DNA of 64,000 bases from Terriglobia bacterium (lineage in GTDB: Bacteria; Acidobacteriota; Terriglobia; JAJPHL01; JAPKYU01), in NCBI GenBank assembly GCA_965218055.1, contig CBDCKA010000002.1:931644-995643 (forward strand), read 5' to 3'. The notes under the pieces were generated by a model that did not search any database, was not told the DNA's origin, and was given only the letters and a program-made list of their open reading frames with translations. A program made the translations under genes and the position numbers. Each line of letters opens with the position of its first letter. The first letter of the stretch is position 1. Positions 50,915 through 63,100 of this stretch are shown piece by piece.

Positions 50915-51077
50915 AAACTTTGTCCCCGTTTACTTATTTAGTGTCAATGATTTATCTGTCTATGAGTCCCTCATTATTAGGTCATAGTGGGGGTGGGATG
51001 TCTGCGGAATGTGCGCTTCCTGTGCTGAAATGGAACCTAATTGGAACGGCAACGTAAGACGTGCTCTGCAGCCCAGT

Positions 51078-52007
51078 TCAACCTCTGCCAAGCCGACGCA
51101 AGTGATCCCAGCCTTGGGGCGGCAATTTTTCTCTACGACCGTTTGGGTGTAGAAGCGTGATGCCACCAGTTGTCTTGGTGATCCGGCCGATTCGGGTTAG
51201 GCGAATGCCAGCCAGGGTGCGCGGAACCTTAGCCACCCGGTCGGGGGCGACAGTGAACAAAAGCTCGTACTCTTCGCCGCCATGGAGAGCCTGCTCTACG
51301 GATCCGGAACGCGGCAGGCGTATCAACTCAACTTCTGCACCAGTCCCGCTTTCTCTCGCGAGATGGTCCAGGTCGGTCGAGAGGCCGTCACTGAGGTCGA
51401 TCATGGCGGATGGCAGGCGGCGTCGGCGGAGGTATTCGCCCAACACGAGCCGTGGGCGGATCGGGGGCAATAGAAGTCCTGAGCCCAGAGCGCGGGCTGT
51501 GGCTCCCAGCCGTCCGGAAACAAACAGGGCGTCGCCGGGCCGTGCACCGGAGCGCAACACCGCTGTGCCTCGCGGCACACTTCCGCAGAGGATCGCGTCT
51601 GCCAGCAAGACTGGCGAGCCGGACGAACCGGTATCTCCCCCGACCAACAGCACCCGGTATTGGTGTGCTGCTGCGGCAAAACCTCGCAGGAACCCGCGCA
51701 CCCAAGCCGAATCAAACTCTTGGGGCAGCGCTAAGGACAGAAAAGCCCAGTGAGGTCGGCCACCCATGGCTGAGATGTCGCTGAGCGCGCGTCCCAGCGC
51801 CCGCCGCCCGGCGGCGGTCGCTGACAGCCACTCGCGCTGGAAGTGCACTCCTTCGGCGAACAGATCGGTGGTCACAATTAGATCCCGGCCGATGGGTAGA
51901 CGTAACACTGCAGCATCGTCACCCATGCCCACAACGGCACTTCTCGCTACTGGGCTTCTGCTCCGGAGACCCCGCAGAAAGGCCATGATTTCCCGCTCGG
52001 TCCTCAT
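51078..52007 (-). CDS. thiL: Thiamine-monophosphate kinase
   Basis: GMGDDAA, TTDLFAEGVHF, LSDISAMGG, GGDT, MIDLSDGL, GGEEYELLF. Confidence 0.92.
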   Translation of the reverse strand: MRTEREIMAFLRGLRSRSPVARSAVVGMGDDAAVLRLPIGRDLIVTTDLFAEGVHFQREWLSATAAGRRALGRALSDISAMGGRPHWAFLSLALPQEFDSAWVRGFLRGFAAAAHQYRVLLVGGDTGSSGSPVLLADAILCGSVPRGTAVLRSGARPGDALFVSGRLGATARALGSGLLLPPIRPRLVLGEYLRRRRLPSAMIDLSDGLSTDLDHLARESGTGAEVELIRLPRSGSVEQALHGGEEYELLFTVAPDRVAKVPRTLAGIRLTRIGRITKTTGGITLLHPNGRREKLPPQGWDHLRRLGRG

Positions 52008-52059
52008 CTCAACCGCCAACAGAGTTGGCGCCCAACCCCCCCCTTATGAAAATTCCGTA

Positions 52060-52089
52060 TTGACACAGTTCCGAGCGCTTTGCTAGATT
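52060..52089 (+). promoter_or_regulatory. Putative sigma70 promoter for the M23 peptidase gene
   Basis: TTGACA-18 nt-TAGATT, with TG just upstream of the -10. Confidence 0.5.
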
Positions 52090-52175
52090 GGCGCGGCTTT
52101 TGCAGCAAAAGGCCTGGGTTCGAGAGTACGTGTGCCATAAGCAGGATCTGCGCGACTCCCCCCGGGAGCGCTGAT

Positions 52176-53030
52176 TTGCGAAATACCTATTATATCTTTG
52201 TTGTAGCGCATAGCATTCGTGGTCGGATCCGGCGCATCCACATCCCACAATATTCTGTGTACGTGTGCGGCCTGCTTGCACTGATCGGCCTGTTCACGGT
52301 GCTAGCCGCCGTCGGCTCTTACGCACGAATGCTGCTGAAGGTGGTCAATTACAACCACATGCGCATGGAGGTGAATGCGCTTAGACAGAACTTCAGCAAC
52401 CTACAGGCCGAGATGGACCAGACCCAAACCCAGTTAACCTCCCTGCAAGACCTTGCCAGCGAAGTCTCGGTCGCCTATGGCATCCGGCGGGCGGGCAATG
52501 GAAGCCTTCCGGTAGCTGCTGAGTCAGAGCGAGCGAAGACTTTTGGGGCGACGGCGGAACACTTCCGGTTCTTGGTCCGCGCCTCCTACTTTGTCCTCCC
52601 CTACCGGCATGAGTTCTTAGAGGGGCGTTTCTTGACCACCGGCCTGCCCCTGGACTGGCCGTTGAAGGGCCGGCTAACGGGAAGCTTTGGGGACCGCTTG
52701 GATCCCTTCAATGGAGAAGGTTCGTTCCACGCCGGGGTCGACATCGCTACCTATTATGGAGCGCCGGTCCGGGCAGCCGCGGACGGTGTCGTACTCAATA
52801 CCTCTTGGGAATCTGGGTACGGCAGGGCAGTCACATTAGCCCACGGCCGCGGCGTACGCACTATGTATGCCCACCTGGCGGGATTTAATGTCGCTTCCGG
52901 CCAGGTGGTACTGGCGGGCGAGACCGTCGGCTTCGTGGGACGTAGCGGGCGTTCTACCGGCCCCCACCTCCATTACGAAGTCCGCATTCAGAATACTCCG
53001 GTGAATCCCACTCGGTTTCTCGGGGACTAG
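52176..53030 (+). CDS. M23-family (LytM) metallopeptidase
   Basis: TM anchor, coiled coil, HAGVDI (HxxxD), GYGR, YAHL, STGPHLHYE. Start set at TTG 52176. Confidence 0.9.
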   Translation: MRNTYYIFVVAHSIRGRIRRIHIPQYSVYVCGLLALIGLFTVLAAVGSYARMLLKVVNYNHMRMEVNALRQNFSNLQAEMDQTQTQLTSLQDLASEVSVAYGIRRAGNGSLPVAAESERAKTFGATAEHFRFLVRASYFVLPYRHEFLEGRFLTTGLPLDWPLKGRLTGSFGDRLDPFNGEGSFHAGVDIATYYGAPVRAAADGVVLNTSWESGYGRAVTLAHGRGVRTMYAHLAGFNVASGQVVLAGETVGFVGRSGRSTGPHLHYEVRIQNTPVNPTRFLGD

Positions 53031-53089
53031 ATCTGTTCCCGCTTTTCTGACCGTTCCCGCCATGGTCGCGACTCCGCCCTGGCTCCTCC

Positions 53090-54199
53090 TTAGAGTTCAC
53101 TTCCTGGCTTAGAGCTCACTTCCCTGGTAGCCTTCCCTGCGGGGGCGGCATGAGAGGTCGGCCGCGGCGAACCCGACTCCCGCAGCAGCCGCTCCAGCCA
53201 TGCCGCCTCCAGGCGCCAGCGCACGACGGCCGCATTTTTCTCCACCTCAATGGAGATGCCCTTCAGGGCGCTTGCTAGTTCCGCTCCCAGCCCGCTACCT
53301 TCTTCGCGTTCAGCGAGCGCCACCAGCAAGGCCCGCAGACCTGCAAGGGACCTCGCCACCTCTTGCGCGCCCGCACCGGAGTCACATTCAGCCACCATGT
53401 GGAAATCCACCTGTTGCTCGCCAATGCGCACCGCCAGCAAGCCCAGCCGGCTGCCGCGTAGCAATTCGATGCTGAGACTGGTCCCGGAGCCAACAGGGGC
53501 AGGCATCCTCCACTGCCCGGCGCGTTCCAAATCCACGGCCACCCACATCTGGCTTCCCTCCGGAAGGTGCTCCAGCACAGGGAGTTCTCGAAGGCGATCT
53601 TCGAGGTCTGGCGCCGGCCGTTCGGCCAGCTCGACCATCTTCTCAATGGGCCGCCGGTCGGGGGCATTGGAGAAGGCAACTCGTCCCGGAGCCAGGAAGG
53701 CCAGGCGAAATGGTCTGCCGGAGGGGCCAGTGAACAGGTTTATGCTGCGCCCCAGGTGGGTGCTGGTGTCCTGCCGGTGCTGTCGGCTGTAGTGCTCCAC
53801 CTTTTGCTGGTCGAAACGGCCCTGCAGAACGGCATGAACCACGCGCGCCCCCTCAGGGCCGGAAATTCCTAGCGAGACCGAGTCCAGATCACGCTCGAAG
53901 TCAAACCCGGTAGCACGCACGAATTCGGCGTAATCGCGCTCCAGTTGTGGCGGCGTTTGTCCGTCAAGCACCCGGCGGACCATCGAGCTGTTCCGGAGCC
54001 CGGCCAGGTCCAGGTTGATGGCCATTGTCGAATCGGGCGGAAGATAGCGGAAGGAGCGGAGGGCCTTCTGGCTGTGCGCCTCCATGTACCACCAGACCAA
54101 AGCCGCGGCTGTGGCACCGGCTGCGACAATGGCTGCGGGCAATATGACCAGCAAAGCTCTGCGGCGCAGTGGCAAAAAAATGCTTCCCTCTTTCTGCAA
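53090..54199 (-). CDS. Hypothetical membrane-anchored protein
   Basis: N-terminal TM helix, then alternating alpha/beta periplasmic region (YLPPDSTMAINLDL); no family recognised with confidence. Confidence 0.7.
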   Translation of the reverse strand: MQKEGSIFLPLRRRALLVILPAAIVAAGATAAALVWWYMEAHSQKALRSFRYLPPDSTMAINLDLAGLRNSSMVRRVLDGQTPPQLERDYAEFVRATGFDFERDLDSVSLGISGPEGARVVHAVLQGRFDQQKVEHYSRQHRQDTSTHLGRSINLFTGPSGRPFRLAFLAPGRVAFSNAPDRRPIEKMVELAERPAPDLEDRLRELPVLEHLPEGSQMWVAVDLERAGQWRMPAPVGSGTSLSIELLRGSRLGLLAVRIGEQQVDFHMVAECDSGAGAQEVARSLAGLRALLVALAEREEGSGLGAELASALKGISIEVEKNAAVVRWRLEAAWLERLLRESGSPRPTSHAAPAGKATREVSSKPGSEL

Positions 54200-54368
54200 T
54201 CTTGCTGTAGAATTTTACCTGAACCCGATGGACCAGGCCACCCCGCCTGGGAGGGTTTCGTGCCGAAGGGGGCCTGCGGCTTCCAGCGTAAGGGTGAGCA
54301 ATCCGGGCGGCAGAGGTGTGGGTGCGGCAATCGAAAGGCCGTTTTGGCAACGTATTGAGTTTCTGCGG

Positions 54369-54444
54369 GCTGGCGTAGCTCAGTTGGTAGAGCATCTGAT
54401 TTGTAATCAGAGGGTCGGGGGTTCGAATCCCTTCGCCAGCTCCA
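54369..54444 (+). tRNA. tRNA-Thr(TGT)
   Basis: GCTGGCG acceptor stem, CTGAT-TTGTAAT-CAG anticodon arm, GTTCGAATC, CCA end. Confidence 0.96.
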
Positions 54445-54555
54445 AGTGCCAGATTGTCTGCGGCCCCGACCGCAGCAAGCTTATTGCCCGGTGGAGGCAG
54501 GACTGACCAATTGGTTGTGGGCGCAGTGAGCGGAGAGGGCGACAGGGGTAGCGGG

Positions 54556-54630
54556 GCGGGAGTAACTCAGTGGTAGAGTCACAGCCTTCCAAGCTGTTGG
54601 TCGCGGGTTCGATCCCCGTCTCCCGCTCCA
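54556..54630 (+). tRNA. tRNA-Gly(TCC)
   Basis: GCGGGAG acceptor, CAGC-CTTCCAA-GCTG, GTTCGATC, CCA end. Confidence 0.96.
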
Positions 54631-54662
54631 ACGATTCCCGTTTGTGCCGGAAGGTGGGGTCG

Positions 54663-54738
<76 letters not shown>

Positions 54739-54782
54739 GGTTCTAGCGGCAGGGGCGAACCACGACAGCGATTTCAGTGCAC

Positions 54783-54871
54783 GGACAGGTGGCCGAGTGG
54801 TTAAAGGCAGCAGGCTGTAAATCTGCCGCCCCTTGCGGGCTACGGAGGTTCGAATCCTCCCCTGTCCACCA
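54783..54871 (+). tRNA. tRNA-Tyr(GTA)
   Basis: GGACAGG acceptor, GCAGG-CTGTAAA-TCTGC, long variable arm, GTTCGAATC, CCA end. Confidence 0.95.
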
Positions 54872-55065
54872 GCTTGCTGACTCAGGCGCCAAGCTGGTTC
54901 CATTGCGGCCGCTGCCAAGGTTTGCGGTGCAATGCTGGGGCAAGCCTGCTGCGGTGCAGCGGAATTTCCTTGACGCGATTTTCTCTCGGGTCCCCCCGCA
55001 GGGGCGGTCCCCGAGCCTGTAACGTTCCAGGCGGAGAGTCCTAGGAACACGGAGTAGAGGCGACG

Positions 55066-56253
<1,188 letters not shown>

Positions 56254-56265
56254 GGAGCCCATCGC

Positions 56266-56418
56266 ATGCCGCGCGACATCGTCACCCTACAGTGCATGGA
56301 TTGCAAGAACCGCAACTACACCACGGACAAGAATAAAAAGAAGACCCCGGATCGGTTGCAGTTCAAGAAGTTCTGTCGTACGTGCCGTCACCACACGGTG
56401 CACAGGGAAGTCAAATAG
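56266..56418 (+). CDS. rpmG: 50S ribosomal protein L33 (Zn-binding C+ form)
   Basis: [50 protein letters not shown]; too short for the ORF track. Confidence 0.96.
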   Translation: MPRDIVTLQCMDCKNRNYTTDKNKKKTPDRLQFKKFCRTCRHHTVHREVK

Positions 56419-56453
56419 ATTTCGGGAATTCGAGAAATCCAGAATGGAAACAC

Positions 56454-56528
56454 AGGGGCGTAGGTTCAACGGTAGACCGCCGGTCTCCAAAACCGGTTGT
56501 GGGGGTTCGAATCCCTCCGCCCCTGCCA
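56454..56528 (+). tRNA. tRNA-Trp(CCA)
   Basis: AGGGGCG acceptor, CCGGT-CTCCAAA-ACCGG, GTTCGAATC, CCA end; canonical position before secE. Confidence 0.96.
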
Positions 56529-56614
56529 GTCTTGCGGGGAGCTTGAAGTGAGTCGCCCGCGTCAGTTGGGCCCGGGCGGAAGCAGAGGCAAATGAAGCAA
56601 ACGAAGAAAGTACG

Positions 56615-56881
56615 GTGACCGGGGTGGCCCGAGAAGTCCGCCACGAGGGAGGCATTTGGGGCACCGTGGACACCGTGCGGTCCTGGCCTGGCCGGATGCG
56701 GGATTTCTATCATGACACGCGGCAGGAGCTGAAGCGAGTCACATGGCCGGAGCGCAGGCAGGTGCAGGCCACAACCGTGGTCGTCATCGTAACCGTGTTT
56801 TTCTTCGGCTTTTATCTGCTTTTGGCCGACGTGGTTTTTGGTCGCTTGATTGCGCTGGTGTTCCAGAGGTTCCAAGGGTAG
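56615..56881 (+). CDS. secE: Preprotein translocase subunit SecE
   Basis: ELKRVTWP, then a single TM helix; lies between tRNA-Trp and nusG. Confidence 0.92.
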   Translation: MTGVAREVRHEGGIWGTVDTVRSWPGRMRDFYHDTRQELKRVTWPERRQVQATTVVVIVTVFFFGFYLLLADVVFGRLIALVFQRFQG

Positions 56882-56883
56882 AC

Positions 56884-57504
56884 ATGGCCGAGCCAGAGGC
56901 AGAAAGAGCGCAAGCAGAGTCGCAGGAGCTGCAAGAGGAGCAGGAGCGCCAGCCAGTCTCGGCTACGCCGACCGGCGCCAAGCAGTGGTTCATCATCCAC
57001 ACCTACTCGGGGTTTGAGCGCAAGGTGGCCGAGAGTCTGAGGAGCCGTGTGCAGGCCTTCGGGTTGGATGAGGAGATCGGGCGCATCGAGATTCCGCTGG
57101 AAACGGTGGCCGAGCGCCGCGCGGGAAAAACGGTGGAGACGCAACGGCTGTTTTACCCCGGCTACGTGCTGGTGGAAATGGAAATGAACGACAACCTCTG
57201 GCACTTGGTTAAGGCGACTCCTCGAGTGACCGGGTTTGTCGGGACCGGCCAAATGCCGACCCCGCTGTCCCCAGAGGAAGTGGACCAGATCCTGAACCGG
57301 GCCGCCATCTCGGCTGAGAAGCCACAGCCCAAGCTTAGCTTTGAGAAGAACGAAACGGTCAAAATTATTGAGGGGCCGTTTTCCAACTTCACCGGAGTTG
57401 TAGATGAGATCAACCCGGACCGGAACACGCTGCGGGTGCTGGTCACCATCTTTGGCCGGGGGACGCCAGTCGAGCTGGACTTCTTGCAGGTGGAGAAGCT
57501 TTAG
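56884..57504 (+). CDS. nusG: Transcription termination/antitermination factor NusG
   Basis: [53 protein letters not shown]. Confidence 0.96.
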   Translation: MAEPEAERAQAESQELQEEQERQPVSATPTGAKQWFIIHTYSGFERKVAESLRSRVQAFGLDEEIGRIEIPLETVAERRAGKTVETQRLFYPGYVLVEMEMNDNLWHLVKATPRVTGFVGTGQMPTPLSPEEVDQILNRAAISAEKPQPKLSFEKNETVKIIEGPFSNFTGVVDEINPDRNTLRVLVTIFGRGTPVELDFLQVEKL

Positions 57505-57638
57505 AAACGGGCATGGGAGAGTTTCCGACCAGGTTTGCGCTGTGGAACGCGGTGAGCCCGCTGGGCTCCAATAAGGCGAGCGGTGGGGGCGGTGGGTCAA
57601 GAACCTGTTCGGCATGATTCAGGACTAGGTGGTGAGGC

Positions 57639-58091
57639 ATGGCAGTGGCGACACCCAGAGGTAAGAGAGTTGCGGCGCGGGTCAAGGTACTGATTCCAGC
57701 CGGCAAAGCAACGCCGGCCCCGCCGGTGGGGCCGGCCCTGGGCCAGCACGGGGTCAACATCATGGATTTCTGTAAGGCGTTCAATGCCAAGACCTCGGCC
57801 AAAGAGATGGAGGGTCTGATCATTCCCGTGGTATTGACGGTGTACGGGGACCGCTCGTACACGTTTGTGACCAAAACGCCACCGGCCTCGGTGTTGTTGA
57901 AGCGTGCCGCCGGAATCGCCAAGGGATCCGGCGACCCCAACCGGAACAAGGTCGGCCAGGTGACGGAGAAGGACGTAGAGGAGATCGCGCGCGCCAAGCT
58001 CCCGGATCTGAACGCGGCTTCGTTGGAAGCAGCCATTCGCAGCGTCAAAGGGACCGCGCGCAGTATGGGCATCGAGATCATGGGATCCTGA
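57639..58091 (+). CDS. rplK: 50S ribosomal protein L11
   Basis: [38 protein letters not shown]. Confidence 0.97.
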   Translation: MAVATPRGKRVAARVKVLIPAGKATPAPPVGPALGQHGVNIMDFCKAFNAKTSAKEMEGLIIPVVLTVYGDRSYTFVTKTPPASVLLKRAAGIAKGSGDPNRNKVGQVTEKDVEEIARAKLPDLNAASLEAAIRSVKGTARSMGIEIMGS

Positions 58092-58116
58092 CCAAAGACC
58101 TGACCAAAAAATTGTT

Positions 58117-58821
58117 ATGCCCAACCATCGCCAAGGTAAGAACTACGTGAAGGCCCGCCAGCAGGTGGAAGCCCGAACGTACAAGCTGGAAGAAGCTGTT
58201 CCGTTGCTGAAGAAGATCCGGTACGCCAAGTTCGACGAAACCGTGGAGGTGGCGCTGCGGCTGGGTGTCGATCCCAAGCACGCCGACCAGATGGTGCGGG
58301 GGACGGTGGTGCTGCCGCATGGGCTGGGCAAGTCCAAGCGCGTGCTGACGATCGCCTCCGGCGAGAAGGTGCGTGAAGCTGAGGAAGCCGGTGCCGACTG
58401 GGTGGGGGGCGATGACATGGTAGCCAAAATCCAGCAGGGCTGGATGGGATTTGAGGCGGTCGTTGCCACCCCGGACATGATGAAGTCGGTGGGACGGCTA
58501 GGCAAGCTGCTCGGACCCCGCGGCCTGATGCCCAACCCGAAGACCGGCACGGTTACCTTCGAGGTGGCCCGCGCGGTTCGCGAGATCAAGGCCGGCAAGG
58601 TGGAATTCCGGACCGACAAGACCGGTGTCATCCACGCGCCGGTCGGCAAGATCTCGTTCGAGACAGAAAAATTGGTAGAAAATGCCGGCACCCTGATCAG
58701 CAGCGTCATCAAAGCCAAGCCGGCTGCGGCCAAGGGCAAGTACGTCCGCAGCGCCACCCTGTCGGCGACAATGACTCCCGGGATTTCGCTTGATGTAGCG
58801 GTGCTCGAGGCCAGGCCCTAG
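58117..58821 (+). CDS. rplA: 50S ribosomal protein L1
   Basis: [37 protein letters not shown]. Confidence 0.97.
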   Translation: MPNHRQGKNYVKARQQVEARTYKLEEAVPLLKKIRYAKFDETVEVALRLGVDPKHADQMVRGTVVLPHGLGKSKRVLTIASGEKVREAEEAGADWVGGDDMVAKIQQGWMGFEAVVATPDMMKSVGRLGKLLGPRGLMPNPKTGTVTFEVARAVREIKAGKVEFRTDKTGVIHAPVGKISFETEKLVENAGTLISSVIKAKPAAAKGKYVRSATLSATMTPGISLDVAVLEARP

Positions 58822-58933
58822 CACTGAGCGAATTCCGAAAGCGGGTGGTGGTTTCCCGGGGACTCCGCACAGTGGCAGCCGTGGTTGAAGGTGGACCGAG
58901 TGCAGCGTCGGAGCTGATTGAGAAGACTCAACG

Positions 58934-59461
58934 ATGAAGAACCGCGAGCAGAAGCAGAAGGAAGTGGAGACACTGAGAGCGGACCTGGAACACGTGCCCA
59001 ACGTGCTGGTGTCGGAGTTTTCCAAGGTGACCGTCGCTCAGGAGTACGAATTGCGCAAGCAGGTGCGCACGGCGGGAGGCAGATACCGGGTGGTTAAGAA
59101 CACAGTAGCCGAGCTGGCGGCTCGGGGCACTGCTGCCGAAAGCGCTCTGAAGAACCTGGTGGGCCCTACCGCCCTGGCCTACACCGAAAAGGACCCAGTG
59201 GCGCTGGCCAAGATCCTGGTCGCCTACGCCAAGGCCAATCCCTCGTTCGCCTTCAAGGCCGGCGTAGTGGAGGGGCGCGCGGTTTCTATCCAGGAAATTA
59301 GCGAGCTGGCCACTCTTCCGGGCAGGGAGGAGCTGGTCGTCCGAGTGCTGTACATGTTGAACGCGCCGGCCCGCGGAGTGGCGTCTGCTGTCGCGGCGGT
59401 CGCCCGCAGTCTGGCGTCGGTGGTCAATCAGGCTGTCGAGGCCAACAAGTTTGCCGAATAG
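58934..59461 (+). CDS. rplJ: 50S ribosomal protein L10
   Basis: LRKQVR...VVKNT, GPTA, LATLPGREEL; position between rplA and rplL. Confidence 0.94.
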   Translation: MKNREQKQKEVETLRADLEHVPNVLVSEFSKVTVAQEYELRKQVRTAGGRYRVVKNTVAELAARGTAAESALKNLVGPTALAYTEKDPVALAKILVAYAKANPSFAFKAGVVEGRAVSIQEISELATLPGREELVVRVLYMLNAPARGVASAVAAVARSLASVVNQAVEANKFAE

Positions 59462-59524
59462 ATAGGCAGTTCGAACGCAATTCGCTGGTCGCGCTTGGGA
59501 CCATGCACTTTTTGAGGAGAACAG

Positions 59525-59908
59525 ATGCCGGAGAAGATTGAAACCATCGTAGAACAGATCAAAGGCCTGTCCTTGTTGGAGGCCTCGCAATTGGTAAAGC
59601 AGTTGGAAGAGACGTTTGGCGTCTCGGCGGCCGCCGCTCAGGTGGTGGTGCCGGGGGCAGGCGCCGGCGGTCCGTCGGCCCCTGCGGCCGAGGAGCAGAC
59701 GGAGTTCAGCGTCATCCTGACCTCGGTGGGAACCAACAAGATCGGCGTTATTAAAGCCGTGCGCGAAGTCACCAGCCTGGGTTTGAAGGAAGCCAAGGAG
59801 CTGGTGGATAACGCCCCCAAGCCCATTAAGGAAGAGGTTACGAAAGAAGAGGCCGAGAGCCTGAAGAAGAAGTTCACCGAAGCCGGGGCCGGCGTCGAGA
59901 TCAAGTAA
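59525..59908 (+). CDS. rplL: 50S ribosomal protein L7/L12
   Basis: [45 protein letters not shown]. Confidence 0.97.
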   Translation: MPEKIETIVEQIKGLSLLEASQLVKQLEETFGVSAAAAQVVVPGAGAGGPSAPAAEEQTEFSVILTSVGTNKIGVIKAVREVTSLGLKEAKELVDNAPKPIKEEVTKEEAESLKKKFTEAGAGVEIK

Positions 59909-60126
59909 GCGGTTTTTGACCACGGTTGCGGTCTGTCCGAGGACCGCGGCGCCGGGAGGTGCCCGGCGGAGCAGCAGAGCGAGAGACGACAGGGCTCGAA
60001 CAACAATTGACTGTGGCGTATTTCCCATTTACGCGGCGGGCAGATCCGAACCGGAGGTGTTCCCTTCAAGGGTCCTGCCCGGGACGTCGCGGCGCCCGAG
60101 TCCCCGCACCGGAGGAGAGTTGAGCT

Positions 60127-63100
60127 ATGCAGACCACGTTGTACGGCACGTCGGAGCGGATTGATTTTTCCAAGATCGGCACTGCTATTCCCATTCCCAA
60201 CCTGATCGAGGTTCAGAAGAAGTCCTACGATCGGTTCCTGCAGATGGACCGGCTTCCCAGCGAGCGGGAGGACAGCGGGTTGCAGTCGGTGTTCAACTCC
60301 GTCTTCCCCATCACCGATTTCCGCGGCATCTCGTCGCTGGAGTTCGTGGACTACTCGATCGGCAACTGGGAGTGCAAGTGCGGCAACTTCAAGGGCCTGC
60401 ACCATCTGCGCTCCACCTGCCAGAACTGTGCGGCCACGATCATCACCAATCCGTTTGCCATTGGGCAAGAGGTGCTGTGCAGCAGCTGCGGCACCTTCAA
60501 CCGCAACGTGGTCGCCTTCTGCAACAAGTGCGGCGATCCGGTCGGGTTGCAGCTGAAATACGATGTGGCCGAATGCCAGGAACGGGGCATGACCTACTCT
60601 GCCCCGCTCAAAGTCACCATTCGGCTGACGATCTACGAGAAATCCCCTGAGACCGGCGCGAAGAGCATCCGCGACATCAAGGAGCAGGAAGTGTTTTTCG
60701 GCGAGATCCCGCTGATGACCGAGAACGGAACCTTCATCATCAACGGAACCGAGCGAGTCATCGTCAACCAGTTGCACCGCTCCCCGGGAGTCTTTTTTGA
60801 GAGCGCCAACCAGCGCACCTACTTTCTGGGCAAGATCATTCCCTACCGCGGCTCCTGGGTGGAATTCGAATACGATGCCAAGAACGTGCTCTATGTGCGC
60901 ATTGACCGCAAGCGCAAGTTCCTGGGAACGATCTTCCTGCGCGCTCTGGGCCTGAAGAGCGACGAAGAGATCCTGCGCAGCTTCTACCAGGTGGAGCGAA
61001 TCCGCCTCGAGGGCAAGAAGCTGTACTGGCAGGTGTCGGAAGGTCTGTTGGGTCTGAAGCTTTCCCATCAGGTCCTGCACCCCCGCAGCGGCGAGGTGCT
61101 GATGCACGCCGGCAAGAAAATCACTCCGCAGGTGCTCAAGGAACTACAGAAGGCCCGAATCCCGCAGGTAGAGATTTCCCTCCATGATCTGGAAGAGGCG
61201 TTCACGGCGGCAGACATCGTGCACCCGGAGTCAGGGGAGATCCTGGCGGAAGCCAACCACGATCTGAGTTCGAATTTGTTCTCCACCCTGCAGGATGCCG
61301 GGATTTCGGAGCTGAGCGTCTTCTTCCCGGAACGCGATGAGATGGGCCCGGTGATTGGCCAGACTCTGAAACGGGACAACATCAAGACTTCCCAGGAGGC
61401 TCTGATCGAGATCTATCGGAAGCTGCGCCCGGGCGATCCGCCCACTCTGGAAACGGCCACCGCACTGTTCCAGGGGATGTTCTTTGATCCGCGCAAGTAT
61501 GACTTTTCGCGGGTCGGGCGGTTGAAGTCCAACATCAAGTTGGGAGCCGAAAACTCCCTGGACAACCGTACCCTGGAGCAGGAAGACTTCCTCGCCACCA
61601 TCCGCTACCAGCTCAAGCTGCGCCGCAATATCGGCAATGTGGACGACATTGACCACCTGGGCAACCGACGCGTGCGGGCGGTGGGCGAACTTTTGGAAAA
61701 CCAATTCCGCATTGGGCTGGTGCGCATGGAGCGGGCCATCAAGGAAAAGATGTCCGTCTACCAGGAGATTTCCACCGCGATGCCTCACGACTTGGTCAAC
61801 GCCAAGCCGGTGATGGCCGCCATCCGGGAGTTCTTTGGCTCGAGCCAGCTCTCCCAGTTCATGGACCAGACCAACCCGCTGTCGGAAATCACGCACAAGA
61901 GGCGTCTGTCTGCGCTCGGCCCGGGGGGCTTGAGCCGCGAGCGCGCCGGCTTCGAGGTACGGGACGTGCATCCCACCCACTACGGCCGCATCTGTCCCAT
62001 CGAAACCCCGGAAGGGCCCAACATTGGCTTGATCTCCTCGCTGTCCTGTTATGCGCAGATCAATGAGTTCGGCTTCATTGAGAGCCCCTACCGCAAGGTG
62101 GAAAAAGGGCGAACGGTGGATTACGTCACCATCCTCAACGGAGGTGATACCGGCCTCAAGGTGGGCGAGCACGTCGAGAAGCGCAGGCTGGAGGAGAGCA
62201 ACCGCGAGGCGAAGGCCCGGCACAAGCGGGGGGCCGAAAATGAACCCTACTGCTTCTACCTGTCCGCCTGGGAGGAGGACAAGTACGTCATCGCCCAGGC
62301 CAACGTAGAGCTGGACGAGCATGGGCGGATCGTGCCCGAACTGGTCAACGCGCGCCAAGCGGGCAATTTCGTACTGAAGAGCCGCAACGAGATCGACTTC
62401 ATTGACATCAGCCCGAAACAGTTGGTTTCGGTGGCGGCCTCGCTGGTCCCCTTCCTGGAGAACGACGACGCCAACCGGGCCCTGATGGGTTCCAACATGC
62501 AGCGCCAGGCCGTGCCGTTGCTGCGGGCTGGAGCGCCGGTGGTGGGCACGGGGATGGAGTACGTCACCGCCCGCGATTCGGGCGCCGTCGTGCTCTGCCG
62601 GCGCGATGGAACCGTGGAGACGGTGGACAGCGAGCGGATCATCGTGCGCGCCGAAGGGGAAGGGGAGCCGGGCACCATGTCGGCCGCCATCCACGCCGAT
62701 GTCTACCAGCTCACCAAGTTCAAGCGCTCCAACCAGAACACCTGCATCAACCAGAAGCCCGTGGCGCGCCGGGGCGAGCGCGTCCGTAGGGGCCAGGTGC
62801 TGGCCGACGGCCCCTGCACGCACCGGGGCGAGCTGGCCCTGGGCCGCAACATCCTGGTGGCCTTCATGCCCTGGCGCGGCTACAACTTCGAAGACGCGAT
62901 CGTGGTCAGCGAAAAGCTGGTCAAGGAGGACAGCTACACCTCGATCCACATTGAGGAGTTCGAGATCGAGGCACGGGATACCAAGCTGGGCCCCGAGGAC
63001 ATCACCCGCGACATCCCCAACATCGCGGAGAGCTTTCTGCGGAATTTGGACGAGAGCGGGATCATTTGCACCGGCGCCACCATCAGGCCAGGCGACATCC

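Noticed and set aside
58822-58933. L10 leader autoregulatory RNA
   Set aside because: The position is right, but I could not identify the consensus kink-turn/stem by eye; needs an Infernal search with the Rfam L10_leader model.
61820-61930. Rifampicin-resistance substitutions in RpoB cluster I
   Set aside because: The sequence [28 protein letters not shown] matches the sensitive consensus.
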